Source: Armatimonadota bacterium (GTDB lineage Bacteria > Armatimonadota > Hebobacteria > GCA-020354555 > CP070648). From it: 64,000 nucleotides of DNA. Shown piece by piece: positions 18,907 through 28,595 of this stretch. A program made the translations under genes and the position numbers. The notes under the pieces were generated by a model. The model was not told the DNA's origin, ran no database searches, and was given only the letters and a program-made list of their open reading frames with translations. The stretch spans positions 9,413 through 73,412 of the forward strand of contig DATLAK010000084.1 of the NCBI GenBank assembly GCA_035527535.1, written 5' to 3'. Each line of letters begins with the position of its first letter. Position 1 is the first letter of the stretch.

Positions 18907-19240
18907 GGACCTGGTCGCGCGCTGCGTGCTCGGCGTCAGCGCCCAGGAGCGCCGCGAGAAGCAGGAGGTCGTCATCAACCTCGCGCTCGCGACGGATACC
19001 CGCACCGCGGGCAAGAGCGACCGCTTCGCGGACGCGGTGGACTACCGCGCGATCAAGAAGCGCGTCTTGGCCGCAGTCGAGGAATCGCAGTTCCACCTGG
19101 TCGAGGCGCTGGCGCAGCGGGTCGCGGAGATCTGTCTCGACCACCCCGGCGTGCGCGAGGCGCAGGTGACGGTGAGCAAGCCGTCGGCGCTGCGTTTCGC
19201 GCGCAGCGTCGGCGTCCGCATCACGCGCTGCCGGGGGTAG
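18887..19240 (+). CDS. folB: dihydroneopterin aldolase
   Basis: MDRILIEDL...VVINLALATD...DYRAI resembles FolB. Overlaps the SDR gene end. Confidence 0.75.
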   Translation: MDRILIEDLVARCVLGVSAQERREKQEVVINLALATDTRTAGKSDRFADAVDYRAIKKRVLAAVEESQFHLVEALAQRVAEICLDHPGVREAQVTVSKPSALRFARSVGVRITRCRG

Positions 19241-19245
19241 CGGCG

Positions 19246-19764
19246 ATGGCGCGCGCGTTCATCGGCATCGGCTCCAATATCGCCCCCGAGCGGAACCTGC
19301 GCGCCGCGCTGCGCCGGCTCGCCCGCGACGCGCGCGTGATGGGTGTTTCGACGGTCTATCGCACGGCGCCGGTGGGCCGCCCCGAGCAGCCGCCGTTCTA
19401 TAACTGCGTGGTCGAGATCGAGACCGGGTTGGCGCCGGCGCAGGTGCGGAGCGCCTTGCGCGGCATCGAGCAGGAACTGGGCCGCCGCCGCGGCGCCGAC
19501 CGGTACGCGCCGCGCGCCATAGACCTGGACCTGCTGCTGTACGATGACCTGGTGATGGCGAACGCCGAGCTGGTGCTGCCGGATCCGCAAATCGCGCAGC
19601 GCCCGTTCCTGGCGCTGCCGCTGTACGAGCTGGCGCCGGAGCTGGTGCTGCCCGATAGCGGGGATCCCATTCGGGAGGTCGCCGCCGCCATGGCAGCCCA
19701 CGACATGCAGCCGCTGCCGGAGTACACGCGGCTTCTGCGAGAGGGTATCGCCCATGAATCGTGA
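19246..19764 (+). CDS. folK: 2-amino-4-hydroxy-6-hydroxymethyldihydropteridine pyrophosphokinase
   Basis: AFIGIGSNI...YRTAPVG...[10 protein letters not shown] matches the HPPK signature. Confidence 0.85.
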   Translation: MARAFIGIGSNIAPERNLRAALRRLARDARVMGVSTVYRTAPVGRPEQPPFYNCVVEIETGLAPAQVRSALRGIEQELGRRRGADRYAPRAIDLDLLLYDDLVMANAELVLPDPQIAQRPFLALPLYELAPELVLPDSGDPIREVAAAMAAHDMQPLPEYTRLLREGIAHES

Positions 19765-20320
19765 CAAGGTCGAGCGACTGGTGAGAGAGCTGCTGGCCGA
19801 AATCGGCGAGGACCCCGAGCGCGAGGGCCTGGTCAAGACCCCGCGGCGCGTCGCCGCCGCGCTCGAGTTCTTGACCGCGGGCTATGGCGCCGACCTCAAG
19901 ACCATCATCGCCGGCGCGGTCTTCACCCAGCAGACCAACAACATGGTCATCCTGCGCGACATCGAGCTCTACAGCCTGTGCGAGCACCACCTGCTGCCGT
20001 TCTTCGGGCGCTGCCACATCGGCTACATCGCCCGCGGCAAGGTCTTCGGCATCAGCAAGCTGGCGCGGCTGGTGGACGCCTACGCGCGGCGGCTGCAGAT
20101 CCAGGAGCGCCTGACCGAGCAGGTCGCACGGGCGGTGATGGAGGGCATCGGCGCCGAGGGCGTGGGCGTCATCATCGAGGCGCGGCACCTGTGCATGATG
20201 ATGCGCGGGGTGGAGAAGCAGAACTCGCTGATGATCACCTCCTCGGTGCTGGGGAGCTTCCACGACTCCGCCGCCACCCGCAGTGAGTTCATGTCGCTCA
20301 TCGGCAGAGCCCATATCTGA
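19754..20320 (+). CDS. folE: GTP cyclohydrolase I
   Basis: [26 protein letters not shown]. Confidence 0.9.
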   Translation: MNRDKVERLVRELLAEIGEDPEREGLVKTPRRVAAALEFLTAGYGADLKTIIAGAVFTQQTNNMVILRDIELYSLCEHHLLPFFGRCHIGYIARGKVFGISKLARLVDAYARRLQIQERLTEQVARAVMEGIGAEGVGVIIEARHLCMMMRGVEKQNSLMITSSVLGSFHDSAATRSEFMSLIGRAHI

Positions 20321-20383
20321 CCGCAGCGGGGCGCCGCCCCGCCGCCTATATCTATTCATCACCATCCGGGGAAGCGAGGACCC

Positions 20384-22408
20384 ATGAGACCCGATCAAGC
20401 GCAACTCGATGAACGCTGCATCAATACCATTCGCTTTCTCGCCGTGGACGCCGTGGAGAAGGCTAACTCCGGTCACCCGGGGGCGCCCATGGGAGTAGCG
20501 CCGGTGGCCTATACCCTGTGGGACCGCTTCCTGAAGTACAACCCCCGCAACCCCGATTGGCCGGACCGCGACCGCTTCGTCCTGTCCATGGGCCATGCCT
20601 CGATGCTGATCTACTCGCTGCTGCACCTGACCGGCTACGACCTGTCCCTGGACGACCTCAAGCAGTTCCGCCAGTGGAAGAGCAGGACCCCCGGGCATTC
20701 CGAGTACGGCCCCACCCCCGGCGTCGAGGTCACCACCGGCCCCCTGGGCCAGGGCTTCGGGCACGCCGTCGGCATGGCCATCGCCGAGCGCTGGCTCGCC
20801 TGCCGCTACAATCGGCCCGGTCACGAGATCATCAACCATCACACTTATGTCCTCGCCTCCGACGGCGACATGGAGGAGGGCGTCTCCAGCGAGGCCGCGA
20901 GTCTGGCCGGCACCCTGCGCCTGGGCAAGCTCATCGTCCTCTACGACGACAACGACATTTCCATCGAGGGCGACACCGGCATCGCCTTCCGCGAGGACGT
21001 GGGCGCGCGCTTCGCGGCCTACGGCTGGCAGGTGTTGGGGCCGCTCGACGGCAATGACCTGGCGGCGGTGGAAGCGGCGATCCGTGAGGCGCAGGCGCAA
21101 GCCGAGCGGCCGTCGCTGGTCGTGTGCCGCACCGTCATCGGCTACGGCAGCCCCCAGCAGGGCACGGCCAAGGTCCACGGCGAGCCCCTGGGCGCCGACG
21201 GCGTGAAGGCGGCGAAGGACACCCTCGGCTGGCCGCAGGAGCCGGCCTTCCTGGTGCCGGAGGAGGTGGCGGCCCACATGGGCCGGGCGGTGGTGCGCGG
21301 CGAAGCGGCCGAGCAGGAATGGCGGCGGCGCCTGACCGCATACCGCGACGCCTACCCGGAGCCGGCCGCGCAGATCGAGCGGCAGTTGCAGGGTGAGCTG
21401 CCTGATGGGTGGGACTCGGACCTGGAGGGTCTTTTCCCGCCGGGTACCAAGCCCATCGCCACCCGCAGCGCCTCGGGCAAGGTCATCAACGCGCTGGCGC
21501 CGCGGGTCCCGGCGTTGATCGGCGGCTCCGCCGACTTGGCCCCCAGCACCAAGACGCTGATGGACGGCGAAGGGGACTTCAGCCCCGAGGATCACTGCGG
21601 GCGCAACCTGCACTTCGGGGTGCGCGAGCACGCCATGGGCTCCATCGCCGGGGGCATGGCGCGCCACGGGGGAACCATCCCCTATACCGCCACCTTCCTC
21701 ATCTTCTCCGACTACATGCGCCCGCCCATGCGCCTGGCGGCGCTGATGGGGGTGCGCGTCGTGTACGTCTTCACCCACGACAGCATCGGCCTCGGCGAGG
21801 ACGGACCCACCCACCAGCCGGTCGAGCAGTTGATGGGCCTGCGCACCGTGCCCAACCTGACGGTGATCCGCCCCGCCGACGCCACCGAGACCGCCGAGGC
21901 CTGGCGCGCCGCGTTGCACAACACCTCGGGGCCGACCGCGCTCGCGCTGACGCGGCAGAACGTGGCGGTGCTCGATCGCACTCGCTTCGCCCCGGCGGCG
22001 GGCTTGCAGCGCGGGGGATACACGCTGTGGCAGTCCGCCGATGGCCAACCGGAGGTCATCCTTATCGGCACCGGCTCCGAGGTGCACATCGCCCTGCAGG
22101 CGGGGGAAGACCTGGCAGCCGAAGGTATCCGCGCGCGCGTGGTATCCCTGCCCAGTTGGGAGCTGTTCGACCGCCAGCCGGAGAGCTACCGCGAGCGCGT
22201 GCTGCCGGCGGCGGTGCGGGCGCGGGTGGCGGTGGAGGCGGGCGTCACCCTGGGATGGGAGCGCTACGTCGGCCTGGAGGGCGCGGTCATCGGGGTGGAC
22301 CGCTTCGGCGCCAGCGCGCCCTACGAGGCCATCTATCAGCATTTCGGCATTACGGCGCAGGCGGTGGCGGCGGCGGCCAAGTCGCTGCTGGGTGGCACCG
22401 GCTCTTAG
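20384..22408 (+). CDS. tkt: transketolase
   Basis: N-terminal GHPGAPMG ThDP motif. ~674 aa. Confidence 0.9.
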   Translation: MRPDQAQLDERCINTIRFLAVDAVEKANSGHPGAPMGVAPVAYTLWDRFLKYNPRNPDWPDRDRFVLSMGHASMLIYSLLHLTGYDLSLDDLKQFRQWKSRTPGHSEYGPTPGVEVTTGPLGQGFGHAVGMAIAERWLACRYNRPGHEIINHHTYVLASDGDMEEGVSSEAASLAGTLRLGKLIVLYDDNDISIEGDTGIAFREDVGARFAAYGWQVLGPLDGNDLAAVEAAIREAQAQAERPSLVVCRTVIGYGSPQQGTAKVHGEPLGADGVKAAKDTLGWPQEPAFLVPEEVAAHMGRAVVRGEAAEQEWRRRLTAYRDAYPEPAAQIERQLQGELPDGWDSDLEGLFPPGTKPIATRSASGKVINALAPRVPALIGGSADLAPSTKTLMDGEGDFSPEDHCGRNLHFGVREHAMGSIAGGMARHGGTIPYTATFLIFSDYMRPPMRLAALMGVRVVYVFTHDSIGLGEDGPTHQPVEQLMGLRTVPNLTVIRPADATETAEAWRAALHNTSGPTALALTRQNVAVLDRTRFAPAAGLQRGGYTLWQSADGQPEVILIGTGSEVHIALQAGEDLAAEGIRARVVSLPSWELFDRQPESYRERVLPAAVRARVAVEAGVTLGWERYVGLEGAVIGVDRFGASAPYEAIYQHFGITAQAVAAAAKSLLGGTGS

Positions 22409-22453
22409 CCTGTGACCTCAGGGCCGAGCCTGTCAACCGGGGGGAACGGGAGA

Positions 22454-23152
22454 ATGAACCTCGACCGTGACGAGTTGAAGCGGCAGGCGGCGGAGCGCGC
22501 CGTCGAGTATGTGGAGCCGGGGATGGTGGTGGGGCTGGGCCACGGCAGCACCGCCGCGTGGGCGGCGCGGCGGCTGGCGGAGCTGCTGCGTGCGGGCAAG
22601 CTGCGCGATATCCTGGGGGTGCCGTGCTCGTCCCAGGTCGAGCAGGAGGCGCGCGCGCTTGGCCTCCCCTTGACCTCGCTCGACGACCACCCCGAGGTGG
22701 ACTTGACGATTGACGGCGCCGACGAGGTGGACCCGCACCTGAACCTCATCAAGGGCGGCGGCGGGGCGCTGCTGCGCGAGAAGATCGTCGCCCAGGCCAG
22801 CGCGAGAGAGATCATCGTCGTGGACGAGTCCAAGCTTTCGCCGGCGCTGGGGACGCGCTCACCGCTGCCGGTGGAGGTCGTTCCCTTCGGCTGGCACGCC
22901 CAGCGCGCATACTTGGAATCGCTGGGCGCGCGGGTGACGGTGCGGCGCGGCGACTACGGGCGCGCCTTCAGCAGCGACCACGGCAATCTGATCCTGGACT
23001 GCGATTTCGGCCCCATCGCCGAGCCCGCCGAACTGGCGAAGCGCCTCCAGGCGCGCGCCGGCATCGTGGAGCATGGGCTGTTCCTGGGGTTGGCGACGGA
23101 GGTCATCGTCGCCACCGCGGGGGGTCTACGCCACCTGCGCCAGGAGGATTAG
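22454..23152 (+). CDS. rpiA: ribose-5-phosphate isomerase A
   Basis: VGLGHGSTA, DGADEVD, IKGGGGALLREKIV. Confidence 0.85.
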   Translation: MNLDRDELKRQAAERAVEYVEPGMVVGLGHGSTAAWAARRLAELLRAGKLRDILGVPCSSQVEQEARALGLPLTSLDDHPEVDLTIDGADEVDPHLNLIKGGGGALLREKIVAQASAREIIVVDESKLSPALGTRSPLPVEVVPFGWHAQRAYLESLGARVTVRRGDYGRAFSSDHGNLILDCDFGPIAEPAELAKRLQARAGIVEHGLFLGLATEVIVATAGGLRHLRQED

Positions 23153-23251
23153 CGGCGCGGCCGGCGATGATGGGCCGGGGCCGGATGGGCGCCAACATGC
23201 TCCGCCGCGAATCATCCTCCCCGGCTCGCCGGGGAGGCGCTCGCTATGACA

Positions 23252-23279
23252 GTAGGGGCGCATGGCCATGCGCCCCTAC
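23252..23279. repeat. REP-A palindrome GTAGGGGCGCATGGCCATGCGCCCCTAC (plus CCCCGACCAGTCGGGG at 23322-23337)
   Basis: Perfect palindrome. Same ends as the other REP-A copies. Confidence 0.6.
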
Positions 23280-23502
23280 TCGTGCGCATCGGGGAAAAGT
23301 GGCAGCCCCTAGGCGTCGCAGCCCCGACCAGTCGGGGTCGCGGAGCGACTTAGCCACTTGGCGACCTCGCCCGCATAGGGCCGCGCGTCGGCGGAAACGC
23401 GGTTTCGTCGCGCGCACCCGGCGCACCTCTTTCCGGGGGGAGGGCGCAGGAGTTGAGGCGGGGGCGGAGAATGCCGACGACAGATCGGGCGAGGGCTGCG
23501 AC

Positions 23503-24342
23503 ATGATTGACATTCATCTTCATGTGGGACGGCTGTATCTGGAGCCGCCGCTGCGCCCGTCCTACCTGCTGAACTTCATGGACCGCCACGGGATCGAGAA
23601 AGCAGCGCTGCTGCCGATGGAGAACCCGGAGCAGACCTATTTCTACGTCACGACCGCGGAGGTGCTGCGGGTTTGCCGCCGCCACCCCGATCGGTTCATC
23701 CCGTTCTGCAATGTTGATCCGCGGCGGTGGGCCGGCGACCGGTCCACGGACTTTGCGAGCGTGCTCAACGAATACCGGGAACGCGGATGTCGAGGATTCG
23801 GCGAGGGCATCTGCGGTCTCCCCATAGACGACCCCCGGCTGTGCGCCATCTACGAGATCTGCGGCCGCCTGGGGATGCCCGTAATCCTCGATCTCACCGC
23901 CCAAACCAACATTGACGAGCAGGGCCTGCCGCGTTTCGAGAAGATGCTGCGCGACCTGCCGGCGACGGTGTTCCTCGGTCACGGGGCGCATTTCTGGGCT
24001 GAGATCTCCGGCGATGTCACGCCGCGGGACTTCAGCGCCTATCCCGGCGGGAAAGTCGCGGCGGGCGGCGCGGCGCCGAGGCTGCTGGAACGCCATCCCA
24101 ATCTCTACGGCGATCTCTCGGCGAACAGCGGCTACAACGCCCTGACCCGCGACCCCGAGTTCGGCTACCGATTCCTGGAGGCGTTCCAGGGCAAGCTGAT
24201 CTTGGGCACCGACCTGTGCCACGCGGGCCAGCAGGCGCCGATCATTCCGTACCTCAAGGACGCCCTGGCGCAGGGGAGAATCTCTCGCGCCGCGTTCGAC
24301 CAAATCACCCGCACCAACGCGGAGCGCATACTCGGACTGTGA
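23503..24342 (+). CDS. amidohydrolase-family (TIM-barrel metal-dependent hydrolase) protein
   Basis: MIDIHLHVG...GHGAHFW...DLCHAG is the metal-ligand pattern. Confidence 0.6.
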   Translation: MIDIHLHVGRLYLEPPLRPSYLLNFMDRHGIEKAALLPMENPEQTYFYVTTAEVLRVCRRHPDRFIPFCNVDPRRWAGDRSTDFASVLNEYRERGCRGFGEGICGLPIDDPRLCAIYEICGRLGMPVILDLTAQTNIDEQGLPRFEKMLRDLPATVFLGHGAHFWAEISGDVTPRDFSAYPGGKVAAGGAAPRLLERHPNLYGDLSANSGYNALTRDPEFGYRFLEAFQGKLILGTDLCHAGQQAPIIPYLKDALAQGRISRAAFDQITRTNAERILGL

Positions 24343-24504
24343 GCGCGTAGCGCTGCGGGGGCACAACCGAGTTGCTCTGGTTTCCGGGCCGCAGACGCCC
24401 GCCGAAGGCGGGCCCGGTGAGGGTGCAGTCTACCGCCCAGCCCGAAGTTCGGCGGAAACGCCCCATGCCGGCCGTGCTTGCCGCAAGCGAGAGGAGACAG
24501 ACCC

Positions 24505-25695
24505 GTGAGACTGAAGAGCAAGCAGGTTTTCATACCCTCGCCCGGGCCGGGCGCGCTGGTGTATGGAAACTCGTTCTATACGCGCCGCGACGGGGTCGAG
24601 AAAATGGCGGTGCGCATGGTGGAGACTCGCAGCGATCTCATGGACGCCGTGGAAATCGCGTTCTCCCGCGACAACGGCAGAACCTGGTCCGCATGGGAAG
24701 CCCGCGACTGTGTCGCGCAAACGCCCCAAGGCCTTCACCGCCGCGTGCCGGCCCCGGGGTTCGTGGACCCCGAAACCGATCGCCTGATCACGATTGTGCT
24801 GGAGGGGACGCTGCCGACCGACGACCCCCTCGAGGGAATGACCACCTACTACCTGAGCTACCAGGTTTCGACCGACGGCGGGCGCACCAACCAGGTTGAC
24901 GAGCAGATCATCCAGCAGGGCGACTACGCGCCGGAACATCCCCTCGACGGCGTGTGGGTCGGGAAGAATGCCATCATAACCGGGTCCCGCCCGTATTTCC
25001 GCAGCCGCGACGGCAGGCTGCTTTTCCCCATGCAGGTGACGCCCCTCGGCCCTGACGGCGAATACTGGAATCCCGGCGGCGGGGCGACTTATACCGAGGC
25101 GGTGGTATTGATCGGCGCCTGGCGCGAAGGGTTGAGGATGAGGTGGGAGGTCTCGCAGCGCGTGGCCCTCGAGCCGGCGAAATCCACCCGCGGCGCCATC
25201 GAGCCGACCGTGGCCGAGATGCCCGACGGCCGCCTGCTCATGGTCATGCGCGGCAGCAATGACGCCAATCTCGCGCTGCCCGGGTGCAAGTGGTATGCCG
25301 TTTCCACTGACGGCGGTTGCGCCTGGAGCGCGCCGCAGCCGTGGACTTATGACGACGGCGGCGGCTTCTATTCGCCCAGCAGCATCTCGCTGCTCCTGCG
25401 CCACTCCAACGGCCGCTGCTACTGGCTCGGCAACATCACGCCCGACAACCCGCGCGGCAACCAGCCCCGGTATCCCCTCATCATCGGCGAGGTTGACCGC
25501 GCCAATCTGCTGCTCATCAGGGACCGCGTGGTGGTGGTTGATGATCGCCGGCCGCATGACGATCCGTCGCTGCAACTGTCGAACTTCGACGCGCACGAGG
25601 ATCGCGAGAACGGCGACATCATCCTGCATGTGAGCCGGTTCGATGCGAACGCGTGGCACGGCGATGCGTACCTCTATCGGTTAGCGCCGGAGTAG
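24505..25695 (+). CDS. BNR/Asp-box repeat glycosidase (sialidase-like)
   Basis: Asp-boxes SRDNGRTWS, STDGGRT, STDGGCAWS. GTG start with a GAGGAG RBS. Confidence 0.7.
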   Translation: MRLKSKQVFIPSPGPGALVYGNSFYTRRDGVEKMAVRMVETRSDLMDAVEIAFSRDNGRTWSAWEARDCVAQTPQGLHRRVPAPGFVDPETDRLITIVLEGTLPTDDPLEGMTTYYLSYQVSTDGGRTNQVDEQIIQQGDYAPEHPLDGVWVGKNAIITGSRPYFRSRDGRLLFPMQVTPLGPDGEYWNPGGGATYTEAVVLIGAWREGLRMRWEVSQRVALEPAKSTRGAIEPTVAEMPDGRLLMVMRGSNDANLALPGCKWYAVSTDGGCAWSAPQPWTYDDGGGFYSPSSISLLLRHSNGRCYWLGNITPDNPRGNQPRYPLIIGEVDRANLLLIRDRVVVVDDRRPHDDPSLQLSNFDAHEDRENGDIILHVSRFDANAWHGDAYLYRLAPE

Positions 25696-25841
25696 CGACG
25701 ATCCGCGAAGGCCCGCCCCGGTCAGAGTCATCGTTCTCACAATAACGGAGCTCCAGGGCAGCGCCTCCCTTCCGTTGCCCCTGCGCAGCTTGTGTGCTAT
25801 GATAGCGGCGCCTGGCTTATCGGATCCCGGGGAGGTCGCGC

Positions 25842-27554
25842 TTGCGCGCATCTGAGCTGCTATTTCCAACGCTGCGGGAGGTGCCGACCGACGCCGAGCT
25901 GCCGAGCCACCGGCTGCTCCTGCGCGGCGGGTTCATCCGCAAACTGGTGGCAGGGGTGTACTCCTACCTGCCGCTGGGCTGGCGAGTCCTGCGCAAGGTC
26001 GAGGCCATCGTGCGCGAGGAGATGGACCGCGCCGGGGCGCAGGAGCTGCTGCTGCCGGCGCTGCATCCGCAGGAGCTGTGGCAGCAAAGCGGGCGGGCCG
26101 GGCGTGAGGACTTGCTGCGCCTCACCGACCGCGGCGAGCGCGATTTCATCCTCGGCGCCACCCACGAGGAGGCCATTACCGACCTCGTGCGCCAGGACGT
26201 CGGCTCCTATCGCGATCTGCCCTTCATTCTCTACCAGATCCAGACCAAGTTCCGCGACGAGCCGCGTCCCCGCGGGGGGCTCATCCGCGCGCGCGAGTTC
26301 ATCATGAAGGATGCCTACAGCTTCGACCGCGACCACGCCGGCATGAACGCGGCGTACGACCGCATGGAGGCCGCCTACGAGCGCGTGTTCGCGCGCTGCG
26401 GGCTCCAATATGTCAAGGTTGACGCCGAGGCGGTGTCCATGGGCGGGGTCGAGGCCAAGGAGTTCATGCTGCCGTCCCCCAGCGGCGAGGACCTGGTCTT
26501 CATCTGCCCGTCGTGCGGCTACGCCGCCAGCGGGGACATGGCGGAGTACGCGGCGCCCCAGGACGGGGGGGTGCCACATGCCGCGCCCGCGTTGGAGAAG
26601 GTCTCCACCCCCGGCATGAAGACGGTGGACGAGGTCACCGCCTTCCTCGGGGTGGAGAGTGCGCGGCTCATCAAGACGCTGATCTACCGCGTCGGCGGCA
26701 AGCCGGTGGCGGTGCTGGTGCGGGGAGACCGCGACCTCAACCAGGCCAAGCTGTCGCACGCGGTCAACGCGACCGACATTGCGCTGGCGGAGGCGGCGCT
26801 GGTGCGCGAGGCAACCGGCGCGGCCGTCGGTTTCGCCGGGCCGGTGGGGCTGAAGCAGATGACCATCATCGCCGACCACGAGCTGCGGGGCGGCGCCAAC
26901 TACGTCACCGGCGCCAACGAGGACGACGCCCACCTGGTCAACGTCAACCCCGGTCGTGACTTCTCCGTTGACCAGTGGGCGAGCCTGCGCCTGGTCACCG
27001 GCGGCGACCCCTGCCCGCGCTGCCGCGCGCCGCTGGAGGAGCGCCGCGCCATCGAGCTCGGCCACATCTTCAAGCTGGGAACCTACTACAGCGACCGCCT
27101 CAACGCTCTCTATCGCGCCGAAGACGGCTCGTCGCGTCCCGTGGTCATGGGCTGCTACGGCATCGGCGTCAGCCGCATCGTCGCCGCCGCCATCGAGCAG
27201 GGGCATGATGACAACGGCATCATCTGGCCCCTGGGCATCGCCCCCTTCCACTGCGCGGTGGTGATCGTCAACCTCAAGGATCAGGCGCAGCGCGACCTGG
27301 GTGAGGAAATCCATCGGAGACTGGACGAAGCCGGCGTCGAAGTGCTGCTGGACGACCGCGACCAGAGCCCGGGGGTCAAGTTCAAGGACCTCGATCTCAT
27401 CGGCATCCCCCTGCAGGTGGTGGCGGGCAAGCGCGCGGGCGAGGGTCTGGCCGAGGTGCGCCGGCGAGGGCACCGGGGCGCCGAGTTCAAGCAGGCGCAG
27501 GCGGCTGCCGCCTGGGTGCAGGAGCAGCTTGCGGAGGCCGGGATGCGATCGTGA
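25842..27554 (+). CDS. proS: prolyl-tRNA synthetase (bacterial type)
   Basis: MRASELLFPTLREVP. Class II motifs. TTG start with a GGGAGG RBS. Confidence 0.9.
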   Translation: MRASELLFPTLREVPTDAELPSHRLLLRGGFIRKLVAGVYSYLPLGWRVLRKVEAIVREEMDRAGAQELLLPALHPQELWQQSGRAGREDLLRLTDRGERDFILGATHEEAITDLVRQDVGSYRDLPFILYQIQTKFRDEPRPRGGLIRAREFIMKDAYSFDRDHAGMNAAYDRMEAAYERVFARCGLQYVKVDAEAVSMGGVEAKEFMLPSPSGEDLVFICPSCGYAASGDMAEYAAPQDGGVPHAAPALEKVSTPGMKTVDEVTAFLGVESARLIKTLIYRVGGKPVAVLVRGDRDLNQAKLSHAVNATDIALAEAALVREATGAAVGFAGPVGLKQMTIIADHELRGGANYVTGANEDDAHLVNVNPGRDFSVDQWASLRLVTGGDPCPRCRAPLEERRAIELGHIFKLGTYYSDRLNALYRAEDGSSRPVVMGCYGIGVSRIVAAAIEQGHDDNGIIWPLGIAPFHCAVVIVNLKDQAQRDLGEEIHRRLDEAGVEVLLDDRDQSPGVKFKDLDLIGIPLQVVAGKRAGEGLAEVRRRGHRGAEFKQAQAAAAWVQEQLAEAGMRS

Positions 27555-27606
27555 GGTCGCGTCCCGGAGGGCCGCTGATTGCTCCCGCACCGCGAGGTAA
27601 GCGAGC

Positions 27607-28281
27607 ATGTTCCTATCGGGGCTGTCAACGCCGGAAGTGCTGGCCAAGCTCCTGATCGCGGTGGTGCTGGGGGGCGCCGTGGGCTGGGAGCGGGAAACCC
27701 TCGACCGGCCGGCCGGGTTTCGCACCCACGTGCTGGTATGCGTAGGCTCCGCGGTTTACATGATGGTGTCGGAGTCAATGGTAGCCACCTACGCCCATGC
27801 CGACCCCGGGCGCATCGCGGCCCAGGTGGCCAGCGGCATGGGCTTCCTGGGGGCGGGAACCATCCTGCGCCATGGCAACATCGTCCGCGGGCTGACCACC
27901 GCCGCCAGCCTGTGGACCGTCGCCGCGATCGGGCTGTGCATCGCCCACGGCGGCCAGACGCTGGTGGTGGCGGTGCTCGCTTCGGTGATGGTGCTGCTGA
28001 CGCTGACGCTGCTGGGGCGGGTCGAGAAGGGCATCGTCAGCAAGCGTCAGTATCGCCTGGCGCTCATCCGCGCCCCGCAGGTGCGCCGCTTTCTGCCCCA
28101 GGTAAAGGCGGTCCTAGATAGCCTCGGCGCGCGCATCCAATCGGTGGAGGTGGTGCCGAACCTCGAGCAGGGCCAGGAGGATATGAGCCTGGTCGTGCGC
28201 CTGCCCCCGGGGGTGACCACGGAGATGATTACCCTCGACCTCATGTCGGTCGAGGGGCTCTCTGCCATCCAGTGGGAATAG
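27607..28281 (+). CDS. MgtC/SapB family membrane protein
   Basis: GAVGWERE..., multi-TM, ACT-like C-terminus. Confidence 0.75.
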   Translation: MFLSGLSTPEVLAKLLIAVVLGGAVGWERETLDRPAGFRTHVLVCVGSAVYMMVSESMVATYAHADPGRIAAQVASGMGFLGAGTILRHGNIVRGLTTAASLWTVAAIGLCIAHGGQTLVVAVLASVMVLLTLTLLGRVEKGIVSKRQYRLALIRAPQVRRFLPQVKAVLDSLGARIQSVEVVPNLEQGQEDMSLVVRLPPGVTTEMITLDLMSVEGLSAIQWE

Positions 28282-28318
28282 CCGCGTTCACCCCCGTTGG
28301 CGGCGCGCCCGCCCGTCC

Positions 28319-28347
28319 TTTACAATGGCGAGTGATCGGGCTATAAT
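28319..28347 (+). promoter_or_regulatory. tRNA-Val promoter TTTACA-N17-TATAAT
   Basis: Consensus -10 TATAAT at 28342-28347, 11 nt before the tRNA 5' end. Confidence 0.55.
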
Positions 28348-28358
28348 CACGCCGAAGT

Positions 28359-28433
28359 GGGCGGTTAGTTCAGTAGGAGAACATCTGCTTGACACGCAGA
28401 AGGTCGTAGGTGCGATTCCTACACCGCCCACCA
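28359..28433 (+). tRNA. tRNA-Val (anticodon GAC)
   Basis: Cloverleaf folded by hand: acceptor GGGCGGT/ACCGCCC, anticodon loop TTGACAC, T-arm GTAGG-TGCGATT-CCTAC, 3' CCA encoded. Confidence 0.85.
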
Positions 28434-28595
28434 CCAAACATGTTGTCCATCACCACGATTACGACAACCTACGCGTAGCGCGTCGGCTCGTCCAGCAGCG
28501 CGCTGCGTGATTTCGCCTCCCGGCAACGGGGGGCATTTTAGTTGCGGGGGAGCCGGACACGGGCGGGGCGCCCATGCTCCATTCCGGAGGGACTC

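Noticed and set aside
19259-22342. 1027-aa ORF on the minus strand spanning folK/folE/tkt, and many similar Arg/Pro/Gly-rich ORFs (e.g. 146-424, 1277-1540, 34464-35795, 49465-50154, 51582-52535)
   Set aside because: Typical alternative-frame open reading frames of a ~70% GC genome. They have Arg/Ala/Pro-dominated composition and no GC3 bias, and they overlap strongly supported genes on the other strand or frame.
28434-28595. T-box or other riboswitch in the thrS leader
   Set aside because: The leader is only ~160 nt and lacks specifier/antiterminator T-box features (no AGGGUGGNACCGCG-like motif).
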